Origin: Octopus vulgaris
Lineage: Eukaryota
NCBI GenBank assembly: GCA_951406725.2
Contig: OX597823.1
Span: 95,604,001-95,668,000 of the forward strand
Direction of reading: 5' to 3'
Length of the DNA: 64,000 bases
The notes under the pieces were generated by a model. The model was not told where the DNA came from. It searched no databases and saw nothing but the letters and a program-made list of their open reading frames with translations. Below, one piece after another: positions 40,628 through 55,911 of this stretch. The position numbers and the translations under genes were made by a program. Within the stretch, counting starts at the first letter, position 1. Each line of letters opens with the position of its first letter.

Positions 40628-41324
40628 GTAAGATAGTCCTTTCCATTTTACTCTATGGATTTGGAGTAAGCTGTTGTTGTTGTTTTGAGCCCTAGGTTAG
40701 CCATGATCAAGCAAGACTGGAGTCAGAGCCGTTGTAGCCATAACCATTATGTAATTTATTCAGACATCATGTACACTATCAAATGTGTCCTTCCTTTTTT
40801 TAAGACACTGGGGTGTGATTTAAGAGAAATTTGTCTTATTTCTAGCAGGTTAACTCACTGCTTAGAAGTTCCACATTGACGAAAGACTCTAGTGTTGTTG
40901 TTGTTGTTCCAATCCAGTTTCTCCTTGGCCAAGCATGTTTTCACAATATGCTGGAAAGGAACATCACTGCTTCTATGACAGTCACACTCATTTACAGCAA
41001 TTACACAACGTTAACACAAAGAAACACAGATACACACACACTCACCCATGCATTACATATATATGCATATACCTGTTTGCCGTTTTTTACTCTCTGCGTT
41101 TTCTATCTGCTGCTTTCTCAGTTTCTTTGCATTTCTTCTATTATCATTCAATTTTTTTGCTTCGTTATGATATATGGTTTGCACCTGAAGAATATGTTTC
41201 AGTATTTATCAACATATGAAACATAGCAGCGCTTAAATACGTGTATTCTGTCCTTTAAATAAATAATATTTACCTCTCACCAGATGGAGTACTTTTTTTG
41301 TTGAATTTTCTATCATAGAACAGT

Positions 41325-41473
<149 letters not shown>

Positions 41474-41789
41474 GGAACAAAAATGCAATAGAGGGCATTA
41501 AAACATTCGGACAAACGACACAAAGGCAGACAAGAGAAACAACAATTAGAAGGACAGGCAAAAAAAGACTCCTCATTCTTGGCTTTCTTTTATCAGTCAA
41601 GTACCAGAAGTCACGACCATTTCAGACAGTTACACTTGATCTGGTTGTCCCCCAAAAAGTCTTATATATATATAGTTTACTGTTCCATTAATGTTGGATC
41701 AACAAATAAGTACTGCTAATTATCTGATTAATTATAGTACTCCATGGCAATAAACTATTCGTAGCTCTTATTTTAATACTGTGTACACT

Positions 41790-41882
<93 letters not shown>

Positions 41883-42059
41883 AATATGTGCTGGTGTCAC
41901 ATAAAAAGCACCCTCTACACTCTGTAAAGTGGTTGGCATTAAGAAGGGTATCCAACCATAGAAACCAAGCCAAATCAGTCTGGAATCTGGTGCAGCTCTC
42001 TGGCTTGCCAGCTCTGGTCCAACCGTCCAACCCATGCCAGCATGGAAAATGGACATTAA

Positions 42060-42097
<38 letters not shown>

Positions 42098-42968
42098 ATA
42101 TGTATGTATGTATGTACACTCACACACACACACACAACAGGCTTCATTGAAATGCTCCGACAAGGCCTTGGTTGGTCCAGGGCTATAGCAGAAGACACTT
42201 GCCCAAGTTGCTGCACAGTGGGCCTGAATTCAAAACCATGTGGTCAAGAAGTAAGACATTTACCACAGAGCCACATATAATTGAACACAATATAATATAA
42301 TATAATATAATATAATATAATATAATATAATATAATATAATATAATATAGCTTATCAAAGTAAGAACCATCATTATTGTGTGTGGAGGAAGTAAAGCTTT
42401 CTTTCAGTCTCTCTGTCCTTCCTTATCTGCCTTTGCTTTATTTACACCAGTGCTATGGCATCATATATGCTTTTTTTTTTTTTTTTTTTCATAATAGTAC
42501 TCATAGCAACACACCTTTCTAACAAAGAGGAAGTGGTGATATGGAGCTCAACAGCTGGCTGCAGGTGACTGGAATGGTTGGAGTTGAGAGTGGGTGGGTG
42601 GGGGGGGACAGGCCTGATATTTCTCTGCTAATTCATTCTCTCTCCATAATAGAGGAGATGAAAGAGCAAAAAGAAAAAAAAATAAAGAAGCAGTGATAGA
42701 GATAATAGTTGGCATTGTTGTGGCGGTGCTTATGATAATGATGATGATGGCTGCCATGTTGTGGTGATTTGGATGAGTATGATATATAGTTGATGCTCAT
42801 TATGATGAGAATGACAACTGAGGGAAATAAATAAATGATGATGATGATGACAATGGTGGTGGTGGTGGTGGTGACAACCGGTTGGTGATACTGCAACTCA
42901 GCACATATAACTAGAAGCACTTGTAATATAAAGAGGAAAATAGAAAATAAAATCAAACATAAACCAGA

Positions 42969-43003
<35 letters not shown>

Positions 43004-43181
43004 ATCATCATCATCATTTAACATCTGTTTTCCATGCTGGCATGGGTTGGATGGTTTGACTGAAACTGTTAAGTTGGGAAGCTGCACCAGGTTCCAATCT
43101 GATTTGGCATGGTTCCTATGGTTGGATGTCCTTCCTGTCAGCCTGTCTCTCTGATGTGACCAATAATTAATTATGATTATA

Positions 43182-43282
<101 letters not shown>

Positions 43283-46075
43283 ATGTATATATCATCATCA
43301 TCATCATCATCGTTTAGCTTCCATTTTCCATGCTGGCATGGGTTGGATGGTCTGACTGAGAACTGGTGAGCCAGGGAGCTGTACCAGGTTCCAGTCTGAT
43401 CCACAGGCACGAGTGCCAGTTATATGACACTCACATCGACAACAACTGCGATTTCACTTGGCTTGGTGGGTCTTCACAAGCATGGCATATCGCCAAAGGT
43501 TTTGGTCGCTTGTCATTGCTTCTGTGAGGCCCAACATTTGAAGATCATGCTGCACCACCTCATCCCATGTCTTCCTGGATCTACCTCTTCCACAGGTTCC
43601 CTCCACACACACACACACAATATATGTGAGTATGAGAAAGTGTATATGAATATATATATATATTCATCCATGTGTGTGTGTATGTGTGTGAAGGAGCAAG
43701 CGAAAGCTGCTCTCATATCAGAGCGAAACAAAATCCCTCCATGTTTATGATTTTATGAATTTATTCATAATGTACACTATATTGATATTCAAATAATTAT
43801 TACTTGGCCACCACTCTATTACTACCTCCTCCTCATTATCATTTTATGTCTATTTCTCTTCTCCACCATATTTGTTGCATGGTGTTGGTCAAGGCTTCTC
43901 TAACTCAGCCTCTCACCATTTGTGGCATCATCGTTTTGTCTCATCTCCTTCTTCAGATCAATCTCCTGACATCACTTTGCTTTGCATTCTTTCTAATGTC
44001 TACTTTAAACTTTCCTTTTTCCATGAGAATCCTTCCACTAGAATGGTGTGTGTGTGTATGTCTGTGTGTGTGTTTGCTCCCCCCACATCACCACATGACA
44101 GCCAATGTTGGTGTGTTTACATCCCCATAGCCTAGCAGTTCAGCAAAAGAAACCAACAGACTAAGTACCAGGCTTTTAAAAAAAAAGAAATTAAATTCTG
44201 GAGTCGATTCATTTGATTTAAAATTCTTGAAGTCAGTGCTGCCCCAGCATGGCCGCAGTCTATTGACTGAAACAAGAGAAAAAAATAATTTCAAGTTACA
44301 GTTTAATGTATTTTTTATTTCATTTTTGTTCGGAATATTCCGTAAAATAGGTTAAACTAAATATATTGTCTTTTGAACTGTCAACATCTAAATGGCTCAC
44401 ACAGCAATACTGTGTTTGTTTTGGTGGGTTTTGTCTTCACAGTCGCCACTAATTCAGTAAATATGTAGTTATGAACCGATCTATTGTACACACTAAAATG
44501 TCAAGATGTGTGTGTATGTGTGTGTGTGTGTGTAGATCATCATCATTGTCATTTAATGTCTGACTCCATGCTAGGCTGGGTTGGATAGGTTAACAAAGTC
44601 TGTCTCCTCTGGCATACGGCAGGGATACCCTCCCTAAAGCTTATCACTTTTACAAAGTAAACCAGTGCTTTTTCATGGTACCAGCACCAATGATGATTGC
44701 CTCATAACTAGCAGTGCTAAGGCCTAAAGCGGCCCCTTGTAAATGAGTGCAACTATCTTCTACTGTAACCCTGGGATAATTCAACCAAGACTTGTGTGTG
44801 GATTTGGTTAGACAGAAACTGAAAGAAGCCCACTCTGTGTGTGTGTGATTTTTCTTTGAGTTTTATTTCAGTGTTTCTTGAGAAAGTCCAAACCAGTTGC
44901 TAACAAAGTGACAAGATGTCTACAGAGAGTTCCTGGTCTTTGTAAACATGTGGTTGAGTTGGAGTGTTGGTTGGGTTGCTGATGCATGCAGCCAAGTGTG
45001 TGTATCTTATTCACTGAAACAATCTCAGATGAGGAATCTTCGAAATATCTTACAACTCTTTACTCTGCCACCAACGGGTTGCATTTGGAGAATCCATGTC
45101 AGTGTCTTTTGCTCTTTCTTTGGAAAACCTAGTATTTCAAGGTTTTTGTGTAAATTTGTTGGTACATAGCCTAATGAACCTATGAGGATATACACACCTA
45201 TACATGTATGTGTGTGTGTGTGTATGTGTGTCTGTGTATGTATGTATGTATGTGTGTTTCCATCTACCAAACTAACACACTCACAAGGCTTTGATTATCC
45301 TGAGGCTACAGTTGAAGACATTTGCTCAAGGTACCATGTAGTGAGACTGAACCTGGAACCATGTGGTAAGGAAGTAAACCTCTTACCACACAGCTACACT
45401 TGTGCCTCTGTTTGAATGTGTGTGTGTGTGTGCATGTGTGCTGGCATCACATAACTGACACCTGTGCCAATGGCATGTAAAAAGCATCTGTTACACTCTT
45501 GGAGTGGTTGGCATTAGAAAGGGCGTCCAGCCATAAAAATCATGCCAAATCAGACTGGAACCTGGTGCAGCTCCCTGGCTTACCAGTTCTCTGTCAGACC
45601 ATCCAACCCATGCCAGCATGGAAAATGGAAGCTAAATGATGATGATGATGATGATATATACACACAAATATATATATATATATATATATATACATACATA
45701 CAAATGTGTGTGTGTGTGTGTGTGTGTGTGTACATATATAATCATAATTAATTATTGGTCACATCAGAAAGACAAGCTGACAAACTGACTCACAGAAATA
45801 GCCAGTGTGAACAAATAAAAAATGAAATAGAAGACATTCACAGCAATATCTAGTTTATAATAATAAGGTAATTGTCTACAGGAAATATTCACTCTAATTT
45901 TCTGCTCATTAATTCTATTTTTACAACTAGTTCCTTCAACAAATATGACAAGCTATATATATATATATATATATATATGTATTTAGAGAGAGAAAGAGAC
46001 AGAAACTTATTGCTACATATGTGGCTTTCCGAGTGTATATGTAGGTGTATATATGGGTGTATGGATGTGTGTGCA

Positions 46076-46106
<31 letters not shown>

Positions 46107-47396
46107 ATATAAGAAGTATATTGTGTGTAATTATATATAGTAACTAGACACACACACAAACATCACAAGGCACATCTCTGTTCAGCTAGCCAGGACATTT
46201 ATTCACTGAGAGTGTTCTGCAAACTAATTAGAAATTAAATGGGGCTATGATGAATGTCTGTGTGAAATGATTGTATGTATATTTGACACACACATGCATG
46301 CATGCACATGCAAAGAGTTAAGAAGTTCACTTGGTGAAATTTTGTAGACAACCTGAATCAGAATATTTTATTCAATGAGGTTCAATTTTCCAAATGTCAG
46401 GACCCAGAGATTTTTTTTTTTACTCTACTTCTTGTCATATTCCAAGAATACAGCAACAATTCCAAGCATCCTGCTGGCTTCCTCTTCTTTGACTCATGCC
46501 CACTCCTCCTCATTCCAGAACAGCAACCACCAGTCCTTCTTTTGTACTGAATCAAATTAAGATGTTTCTGTTGTTATGGAAACAGACTTATTCACAAAGC
46601 AATATGCCCACCAGCACCATATTCTGTGATTCTGTGAGTTTCCACTTGAAACCATCCTGTCCTGATCTTAATACCTGCCTGAGAAACTTTTGAACTACAG
46701 GATTCCCAGTATTGCTGCACCTCTCCAACATGGACCACCACCAATGCATAGACATAGATCATTATTTGTATTTTTATGTCTACTTTTCCAAGTTTGAATG
46801 GGTTGGATGGATCTACTCCCCTCCCTTGTGAAGTTCAACATTCTGTCCATGTCTTCCTTAGTCTTCTTCTTCTTCATCTTCTTCTTCTTCTTCTTCTTCT
46901 TCTTCTCCTTCGTCTTTTTCATCTTCGTCGTCGTCTCCTCCTCCTCCTCATCCTTCTCTTCCTCCTCATCCTCATCCTTCTCCTCTTCCTCCTCATCCTC
47001 ATCCTTCTCCTCATCATTCTCCTCATCTTTCTCCTCCTCCTCCCATCATCCTCCCCTCCTCCTCCTCATCGCCCTTCACCTTCCACTCACATCTCCTGAG
47101 CACTTCTTTACTCATCTCTTATCATCTCTACACATTACTTCTCCATGCCAATGGGGTCGCCTGTCTGGCACGCTACATCTCATCTCCCTGATGCCTCCCA
47201 GCTCATCTGAACCCTTTTCTTACTTTAGAGAAGCACTCCACAAGGATTCCAGTTGATCTGATCGACAGAACTGCGTGCTCGTGAAACTAGAAGGCAAGTG
47301 GCTGAGTACTCCACAAACATACGTGAATCCTTATTGTAGTTCTCACGGAGATTCAGCACAACACAGAATGTGACAAAGCTGGGCTTTTTGTATTAC

Positions 47397-47632
47397 TAAG
47401 GCGACGAGCTGGCAGAATTGTTAGCACGCCGGGTGAAATGCTTTGCGGTATTTTGTCTGCCGCTATGTTCTGAGTTCAAATTCCGCCAAGGTTGACTTTG
47501 CCTTTCATCCTCTCAGGGTCGATTAAAATAAGTACCAGTTACGCACTGGGGTCGATGTAATCAACTTAATCCGTGTGTCTGTCCTTGTTTGCCCCCTCTG
47601 TGTTTAGCCCCTTGTGGGTAGTAAAGAAATAG
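47397..47632 (+). mobile_element. SINE family B, well-preserved copy (Meta/MESC-like core)
   Basis: CpG-intact head and GTTGACTTTGCCTTTCATCC..GGGTCGATTAAAATAAGTACCAG core. Other copies lie at ~12985, 17055-17385, 39460, 54345, 59690-60175(-), 61005(-), 62040 and 63478-63815. Confidence 0.85.
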
Positions 47633-49026
47633 GTACAACTCATTCTTGCCAGCTGAATGGACTGGAGTAAAGGGAAATGAAGTGTCTTGCTCAAGGACAC
47701 AACATGCCCCTGTGTATCAAACCCACGGTCGTAAAGTCATGAGTCAAATACCCTAACCACTAAGCCATGTGCTTTCACACATCACTAATTCACATCCACC
47801 TCCACACAATCAGCAGAGTATACTTGTTTCATTTGTATTAAGAAATGTTTCCATTTGTTTTCTGTCCATAAAGTCATCTTCTTTAATACTATTACTCCTC
47901 CCTTGAGGGGTCTTGTCTTGCAACCTCACTAGTGCCAGTGCCACATAAAAAGGCACCCGGCGTACTCTGTAAATTGGTTGGTGTTTGGAAGTAGGGAGGG
48001 GGGGCTCAAGCTGTAGAAACGATGCCAAGGTGGACATTGGAGCATTAGTGCAGTCCCCTCCTTGCTTCCAACTCCTGTTGAACTATCCAACCCTACCAGT
48101 GTGGGAAATGGACATTAAATGATGATGACGATGACGATGATGATGATGACAATGACAAGGGTGGTGGTGGTGGTGGTGGTGATGAGGAGGAGGATGACAA
48201 TGATGATGATGATGATGATGATGATGATGGTGACGATGATGATGATGGTAGTGGTGGTGGTGGTGATGATGATGATTTCCCATACTCTCACAAACACAAT
48301 GAACACATATTGAAGAATTGCTTTGCAACCAGCTCTCCTTCCTGTTGGTACCTTTTACGTGTTGGTTCAAATAAGGGATTGTTTATTCAACTCATTTTCA
48401 ACAACATAAAGTCACAAGATAATTTCTTAGAAAAGAAGGCCAACAGAAGGCATCCCTTTTTTTCTTCTTCTTTTTTTCTCAACGTTTTTTTATGCAGAGA
48501 TGTGAAATGTAAACATTCACACAAACACACATATACATATTAATACACACAAACACACACACACACACACATATAAGTTCTGTAATGAGAGAATTATGAC
48601 TGCAATCTGTCAAGATATCTGTAGGAGCAGAAGTCCATTGTGTGTGTGTGTGTGTGTGTGTGTTCTTGACTTGTGTGCTAATTCAAAACAAAACCATCCT
48701 TCATACAGATGATGATGATGATGATGATGATGGTGTAATTTGTTTACAATCTTCCATGAAAATATGCCCAGCCATTGAACTGTTCCTGGCCTGAGGAAAG
48801 AGGAATGTGTGTGGGTGAGAAAAGTGATGGCAGTGGAGATGGTGGGATGGAGAGGAAGACTGACATAGGATGTGGCTCATGATAATGGAGGTGGAAATGG
48901 GGAGATAAGGGGCACCTGTGAAGGTGGGATACAGCCGATAGGACGAAATGGAGAAGACTGTCACTGCCCCCACCCACTACTACTGCCACCAATATATGTG
49001 TGCGTAGTTTCGTGGATATCTATATC

Positions 49027-49058
<32 letters not shown>

Positions 49059-49853
49059 GATATATAGATATAGATATGTACACACATAGATATGTTCATC
49101 CATGCCTTACATAAACAAACATAGATATATGCATGCGTGCATGTGTGTGTGTGTGTGTGTGTGTGTCATCATCATCATCATCATCATTTTACATCTACTT
49201 TCCATGCAGGCATGGGTTGGATGGTTTGACAGGAGCTGGCCAAACAGAAGACTTGACCAGGCTTCAGTGTCTGTTTTGGCAGGGTTTTTACAGCTGGATG
49301 CTCTTCCAAATGCCAACCACTTGCAAGAGAAAGATCTTTTGAGATGGGGGTGGGCATTGGAGGAGATACAGACAGAGAGACAAAAATAGGTGTGTTGCTG
49401 TGAAGGAGATACCTGATTACCCAACCAGAGGGAAGAGCAAGAGAGAGAGAGAGAGAGAGAGTGGAAGGGAGCAAGAGTGCTAGAGAGAGCAGGGGAGAGA
49501 TGGTGGTGAAGTGCCAGGGCCTACTCACAAGGAACAGGGATCAGAATATAAATGGGAGGGTAGAGCAAGAGAGGGATAGATGGTGGCAAATGCCTGGGCA
49601 TACCCTCAATGTGCAGGGGTCAGAATAGAAATGGCAGGGCATTGCCAAAGGTGCATGAGCAGGAAGTAGAGAATTCACATAGATGCAAAGGGTGTGGGGG
49701 TGAGGAATGCAGTGACTGGTGAAACCTGGGTATATGGAGGGAGGGGGTACTACAGGATTGCAATGATGCAGTGAGTAAGGCAGTGAGGATAGGATTGGAG
49801 AGCAAGAGATAAGTATAACGCATGAAAAAAGGAAATGTGAGGAAGAGAAGAGA

Positions 49854-49884
<31 letters not shown>

Positions 49885-49997
49885 TTAGAGACAAAACCAC
49901 TATTTTGCAAATCAAACAAGGAAAGACTTAATCTTCCCTGTAAATTTGGATTTATTCCCTAATATTTATTATTATATATATATATATATATATATAT

Positions 49998-50034
<37 letters not shown>

Positions 50035-50037
50035 TAT

Positions 50038-50551
50038 AGATTCAGATGAATATGGTACTTAAGTTGAGGCACCAGAATTTAGTATGGTATTATCCATACA
50101 ATTTCAAAGTAAGGTGATTAAAATCAAAATAAGCAATAAGGATATACAGAGGTAATGCAGTATGATTGTTTCATGCAATTCCATTTAATTTAACAATGCA
50201 ATCATCACATCAATTTAAAATGCAGAACAATCCTCAGCTGCATAAAGGCATAGAATTTAATTAAACAGATGGACACATTAGTATAATTATAACTAAAATA
50301 TCCAAGAAACTGAAGTGAAGTCAGCATCATCTTTGTCTATCGCCTTACCTTCTTGGAGATTTTAGGTAAAATTATACAAATGTATAGGTGTAGGAGTCGC
50401 TGTGTGGTAAATAGCTTGCTTACGTACCACATGGTTCCGAGTTCAGTCCCACTGCGTGGCATCTTGGGCAAGTGTCCTCTACTATAGCTTCGGGCCAACC
50501 AAAGCCTTGTGAGTGGATTTTGTAGACGGAAACTGAAAGAAGCCCATCATA

Positions 50552-50612
<61 letters not shown>

Positions 50613-51222
50613 CTGTGTGTATATGTTTGTGTGTCTGTGTTTCTTCCCCCAACATCGCTTGAAAACTGATGCTTGCATGTTTACATCCCTGTAACTTAGA
50701 GGTTCGGCAAGAGAGACCGATAGATTAAGTACTAGGCTTATACACAATTACTTACAACTGTTGTCAACTCACTCCTGCCCTCCATTCTAAACAGACACTG
50801 TCCTCTAGCCTTAGATTTGGTAGCTGATAAAAAATGACTCATAAATTATAATCCTTTACAAGCTATGACCCTAACAAACTTCATAAAGTTCTTAGAAGTG
50901 TAGTATATTCTGAGTCACATTAGTAGCAACATGAACTTTCTCCCTCTTCTTGCTCTATTAGAGACTTTGAGTAAAATTATATTAACGTGTCTAACTGATT
51001 AAAAATTCTATTTATTTATTTGGGCAGCTGAGGATAGCCCTGCATTTAAATTGATATAAAGATTCCACTGTTCAATTAAATGGAGCCACTTGAAACAGTT
51101 GTACTGCATCACCTCTTGATATCCTATTGCTTATTTTGATTTTATTCACCTTACTTTGAGTTGTACGGATAATACTGCATTGACTTGGTGCTTCAACTTA
51201 AGTACCTAATGCAACTGAATCT
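50038..51222. mobile_element. Inverted pair of hammerhead-bearing Penelope-like ends (50038-50243 minus; 51024-51222 plus)
   Basis: The arms are diverged reverse complements. Minus arm: AUGCAG-CUGAGGA..GAAA-CAAUCA-UA-CUGCAU. Plus arm: GCAG-CUGAGGA..GAAA-CAGUUG-UA-CUGC. The same family occurs at 3550-3693. Confidence 0.7.
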
Positions 51223-51498
51223 CAATTATATGTGTGTATGTATATCATCATCGTCGTCGTTTAACGTCCGTTCTCCATGCTAGCATGGGTTGGACGGTTC
51301 GACCGGGGTTCTGGGAAGCCAGAAGGCTGCACCAGGCTCCAGTCTAATCTGGCAATGTTTCTACAGCTGGATGCCCTTCCTAACGCCAACCACTCCGTGA
51401 GTGTAGTGGGTGCTTTTTACGTGCCACCTGCATATATATATATACATATGTGTGTGTGTGTGTATATATATATATATACATATGTGTGTGTGTGTGTG

Positions 51499-51547
<49 letters not shown>

Positions 51548-51574
51548 CAGGTCATTAAGAATGAAATGTCAAAT

Positions 51575-52080
51575 TTTGAACTGAAAATTTATTTTACTTG
51601 ATCTCAACAAAAAGCAATGCAATTAATCAAAGTATGCACCTAAATTATCAACACAATTTTGCCATTTTATCGGTAGCTTAATTATGCTGGCAGTGAAGAA
51701 TTCTGGAGAACAAGAGGTGATGATATCACGAAAAGCTGTTTTTGCATCTTCTTCAGATTTGAAGATTTTTCCCTTGCAAAAAGTTGTCTAATGTCTGGAA
51801 AACGTGATAGTCAGTTGGTGCAAGGTCTGGTGAATATGGTGGATGACAGAATACTTCCAAATTCAGTTCCTGTGACTTGAGCAGCGTTCTTTGTGCAGCA
51901 TGTGGTCAAGCATTGTTTTGCAAGAGAACTGGCCTGTCCCTGTTGACCAATCTCAGTTGTTTAATTGCAAGTCCACTCATCATTTCATCCAATTGGTTGA
52001 CGATACATCCATTGTAATTGACTTACCAGGTCTCATGAAGCTGTAGTGGATGTCACCAGCGCTGGACCACCAAGCAGAGA
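51575..52080 (-). pseudogene. Mariner transposase 3' fragment
   Basis: Minus strand reads CHPPYSPDLAPTDYHVF (~51800-51850) and the terminus EFFTASIIKLPIKWQNCVDNLGAYFD*. Confidence 0.85.
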
Positions 52081-53346
52081 CACCATTAGCTTTTTTTGGT
52101 GAATATTCTCTTTTGGATTGTATTTTGGCACTTCGTCTTTATCCAACCATCTTGCACTGGTTCCATGACAGAACTCATATTTATAAACAACACAAATTTT
52201 TTTTATCTATCCATGGGTTCACAAAAATTGATTTACAAGAGAAAACTCACAATATAATCAGACACCATAAACTGCATGTACCTTTATACAGACACACACA
52301 TGTATGTATACAGAGAAAGAGAGAGAGAGAGAGAAGGAGAGAGAGAGAGTGATGTATGTATTATGTGTACTATAAGTACACCAGTACTTATTCTATCAGT
52401 CTATTTTGTCAAACTGCTAAGTTATGAGGTCATAAACACCAACATCGGTTATCAAGCAGTGGTGGGGGACAAACACAAACACAGTTTCTGTCTACCAAAT
52501 CCATTCACAAGGCATTGATTGGCCCAAGGCTATAGTAGAAGGCATGTGCCCAAGGTGTCACACAGTGGGACTGAACCTGGAACCATGTGGTTGAGAGGCA
52601 AACTTCTTACCACACAGCCACACCTGCGCCTGGTGGTGTAATTAGGTGTGTGTTTCTGGGTTAGCGTGCTTAGCTTGACATTATACTTCTGCATGTGTGT
52701 GTGTGTGTGTGTCTGTGTGTGTGTCCTCTTTGTCAACATCAAACCCCCCACCTCAGCCATTTACTCACTTTCTATTGTATTTGTCAAAATACCAAGTGTT
52801 ATTGTTGTTGTTATTGTTATGCCAACACAACATTGTCATCGCCCACTTCAGACACACTTTGCTGTCCTTCCTTCTCCACAGCTCCGGTCTTCTGTGTTGC
52901 AGCTCTATATTTCTGAAGGCATGCATGTGTAGAGGTATCGTGTGTGTGTGTACGAGTCTATATATATATGTGTGTGTGTGTGTCCGCTCTCTGATGTCCT
53001 CCCTCGTCTCCTCTATATTTCATCTCTCTCCTCCTCCCCTTCTCTCTCATTTCTCTCACGCCTCCTTTTCCCGCCACCACCTTCTTAATATACCTTTGTT
53101 TATATACACACAGAGAAGCATTAGGTGAGTGTTTCGTTGGTATATATTATAGCATGCCTATATATATATATATATGTGTATATATATATATATTTATATA
53201 TATATATGTATGTATGTATGTATGATAATGTCACTTGAACATTGTATTTCTCTGTTTCTTCTTTTCCTTCAACATTTTTTTCTCTTATTTTCTCCTCTCT
53301 TTTTCTTTTTACCTTCCTTTCTCTGTCTGTCACTTCCTATCTCTCG

Positions 53347-53377
<31 letters not shown>

Positions 53378-53779
53378 CCTCCCTCTCTCAGCTAATGTCC
53401 ACATTTCTCACCTGTTTTTTTTTTTATTTTATCACTTCCCTCTAGCAATGTTTCAGTTTTCTGATGTTATTTTTTTACCTTTTTAGTTACACACACATTC
53501 ATGTATATGCGTGTATGTATACATACACACATACACATACCTGCCTGTATGTATACATATATGTATATGTATACATATATATGTATATGTAATCTCGCTT
53601 CACTCATCCTTCTCCTCGATTTTCAAAAACAAACTTCCTCTCCTTTATTTACTCTCACCTTTCATTATCTCTTTTTTCTCTCTCGCTCTCTCTGTCGATC
53701 TCTTTCACCCTTCATCTTCCTCCTCGTTTCTCCATTCTTTCACCCACACCTTTTCCCTATTTTCCCTCCTTCTATCTCC

Positions 53780-54180
53780 ACTCGTCCTTTTCACTCTCAC
53801 TCATACCGTCACTCTGGTATGTACCTGCCTTCTGTTGGAACTCGTCTATTTCGCGGTGCCGCTGTGGAACCAGACTTTCGAGGTAATTTCAAACTACCTT
53901 ACCTCTTTTCCCGTCTACCTGACACATTCCTTTTCACCTTCAACCTTCTGTCTGTTTGTTCTTTCCATTTGGTCTTTTCGTTTTTGTTGTATTTGTCGTC
54001 ACGGTCGGGTGGTTCCAACCGTAAAGAGTGAAGCAGACGAAATAGTAAAGTAGCGGTGGTGGTGGAGGCCACTCGGACTCCTCCAAATACTAACAACACA
54101 CCAGGCTCTAGTTACCCATCCATTCATTCTGGGAGGTAAATTCCGAAGAAGCCATGTGAAAAAGGGGGTCTCGTTGTCCC
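53780..54180 (+). promoter_or_regulatory. CpG-rich unique island with several 5' splice donors; candidate alternative promoter/first exon
   Basis: About 18 CpG in 400 bp against a CpG-poor background. Donors TG|GTATGT (53816), AG|GTAATT (53882) and AG|GTAAAT (54134). Preceded by CT-rich tracts. Confidence 0.35.
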
Positions 54181-54494
54181 TACCCCTACTCAATTATTAC
54201 AAGTAATTATATGTATGGAGTGAGGTTTAAATAATTACAATCTTCTGGTAATAATGAAAGACAATATCGTTTAATCATGTCGTAGTAATATTGTTGCTTG
54301 ATGTTTCAAGCCTGATCCACATTGTGGCCTTTAATTCAGGGCTCCTGTTGTGAGTTCAAATCCTGCGAGGTCAACTTTGTCTTTCGTCTTTTGCGGTCGA
54401 TAAACTATAGTACCAATCAAATACTGGCCTTCTGTCAAAATTAGATTATTCGGTGTTCCCCTCGATGCTTTCTGCTAATGTTGATAATGGAGCA

Positions 54495-54816
54495 TACCTA
54501 CACAAGTGTATCGCCCCCCCCCCCACACACACACACCTCCGATTTTGTTTCCTCATAAGTTTCAGGAAAATGGATAGATTTTTTTATGAAATTTTTTTCT
54601 ACAACTGTGGAAATAAACTCGACTCGTGAGAATTATCCGAAACTCCTCTCCCCGATGTCTTAAGAAATTTTTTCACATTAAATTCCGATATAGTCATAAT
54701 ATACACCACCTGAAAGGTAGAAAGTTTCATTTAAAAAAATATCCATTTTTCTCATAAATTATCGGGAAACTAATTCGGTGGTGGGTGGGTGGGGTGGGGG
54801 CACACATGTACAGGTA
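54495..54816. mobile_element. MITE with long imperfect terminal inverted repeats
   Basis: TACCTACACAAGTGT..CCCC..CCGATTTTGTTTCC..GGAAAATGGATA is mirrored by TATCCATTTT..GGAAACTAATTCGG..GGGG..ACACATGTACAGGTA. Confidence 0.7.
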
Positions 54817-55911
54817 TACCGATGGTAGTTGCATTTGAATTTTTTTTTTTTTAGTGGTTGAGCAGATCTTTATTCAAAGACGTTCCAACCATGACCATCC
54901 TTTTCTCTACTTATAATGTATCTTCAATATTCTTTCTTTCTTTCCTTGTGTTTATTTAAGATAGTACAGTATGATTAGATGGAGATTTGGGTATTATTTC
55001 TTGGAGATCAAGAAGCCATGTAAGAGACTTCCTTATAGACTTGTCGTGACTGAGGTTGGGGTGATCCCTCGCTGAACAGACCTATGATTAGAGGCGTTCC
55101 AACTGTGACTACACCGAATATGTCTTGGAATATTAATTATCTCATATGTCCTTATGTAAGACGGTATAGTCTGAGATGAGGGAAATTTAGCTGTTGTTTC
55201 TAGCAGGTCGAGTGACTACGTAGAGCTTCTCTTGTCGATTGACATTGATAAAAGTTTTGGTGGTGTTACATCGTGATGAAAATTGCGGGTGGGATACACA
55301 AGGGTACTTTTCAGCTCACACAGAGAAGGGTGGCTTATAATGTGTAGTCAACCTCTGTCCAACCTCAGCCTCTTAGACTTTAGCGTACCAGAAGTTGCTA
55401 AAACCCATAAACGTTATTAGTGTTGTTTGTGATTATTGTTGTTTAACCCTAGGCTTATTACTGGTTATTTCTGATGTGAATTATTACTATTATTACATTT
55501 GCCTCACAAGTATAATAATAAAAATTTACAAAGGAAACGACATGGAATTAGGGGACAAGAATATAAACAAGGAAAGTTTTTGGACTAAATATTCACAAAT
55601 GAAAGGAACCAAGCAATTCTTTGTCCTTTTCTTCTCCATGAGGCAGTGATAGCAATCCTAAAAGTCTGCTGGTCAGAGTATGGAGAGGGGTGTCTTTATC
55701 TTTTACATTTTTCAGTCATTAAACTGTGGCCATGCTGGGGCACTGCCTTGAAGAGCATTTAGTCAAATGAGTCAACCTTAATACTAATCTGTAAGTCTGG
55801 TACTTATTCTGTCATTCTCTTTTGCTGAACTGCTAGGTAACAGGGACATAAACAAACTAACACTAGTTGTTAAGTGGTGGTTGGGAACTAACACAAAGAC
55901 ACACACATATA

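Noticed and set aside
41600-41655. Additional hammerhead (minus: GGACA..UGUCU-GAAA-UGGUCGU)
   Set aside because: The CUGANGA half is missing; too degenerate to call.
46776-47256. Ser/Phe/Leu-rich ORFs
   Set aside because: Derived from (CTT)n/(CCT)n trinucleotide repeats.
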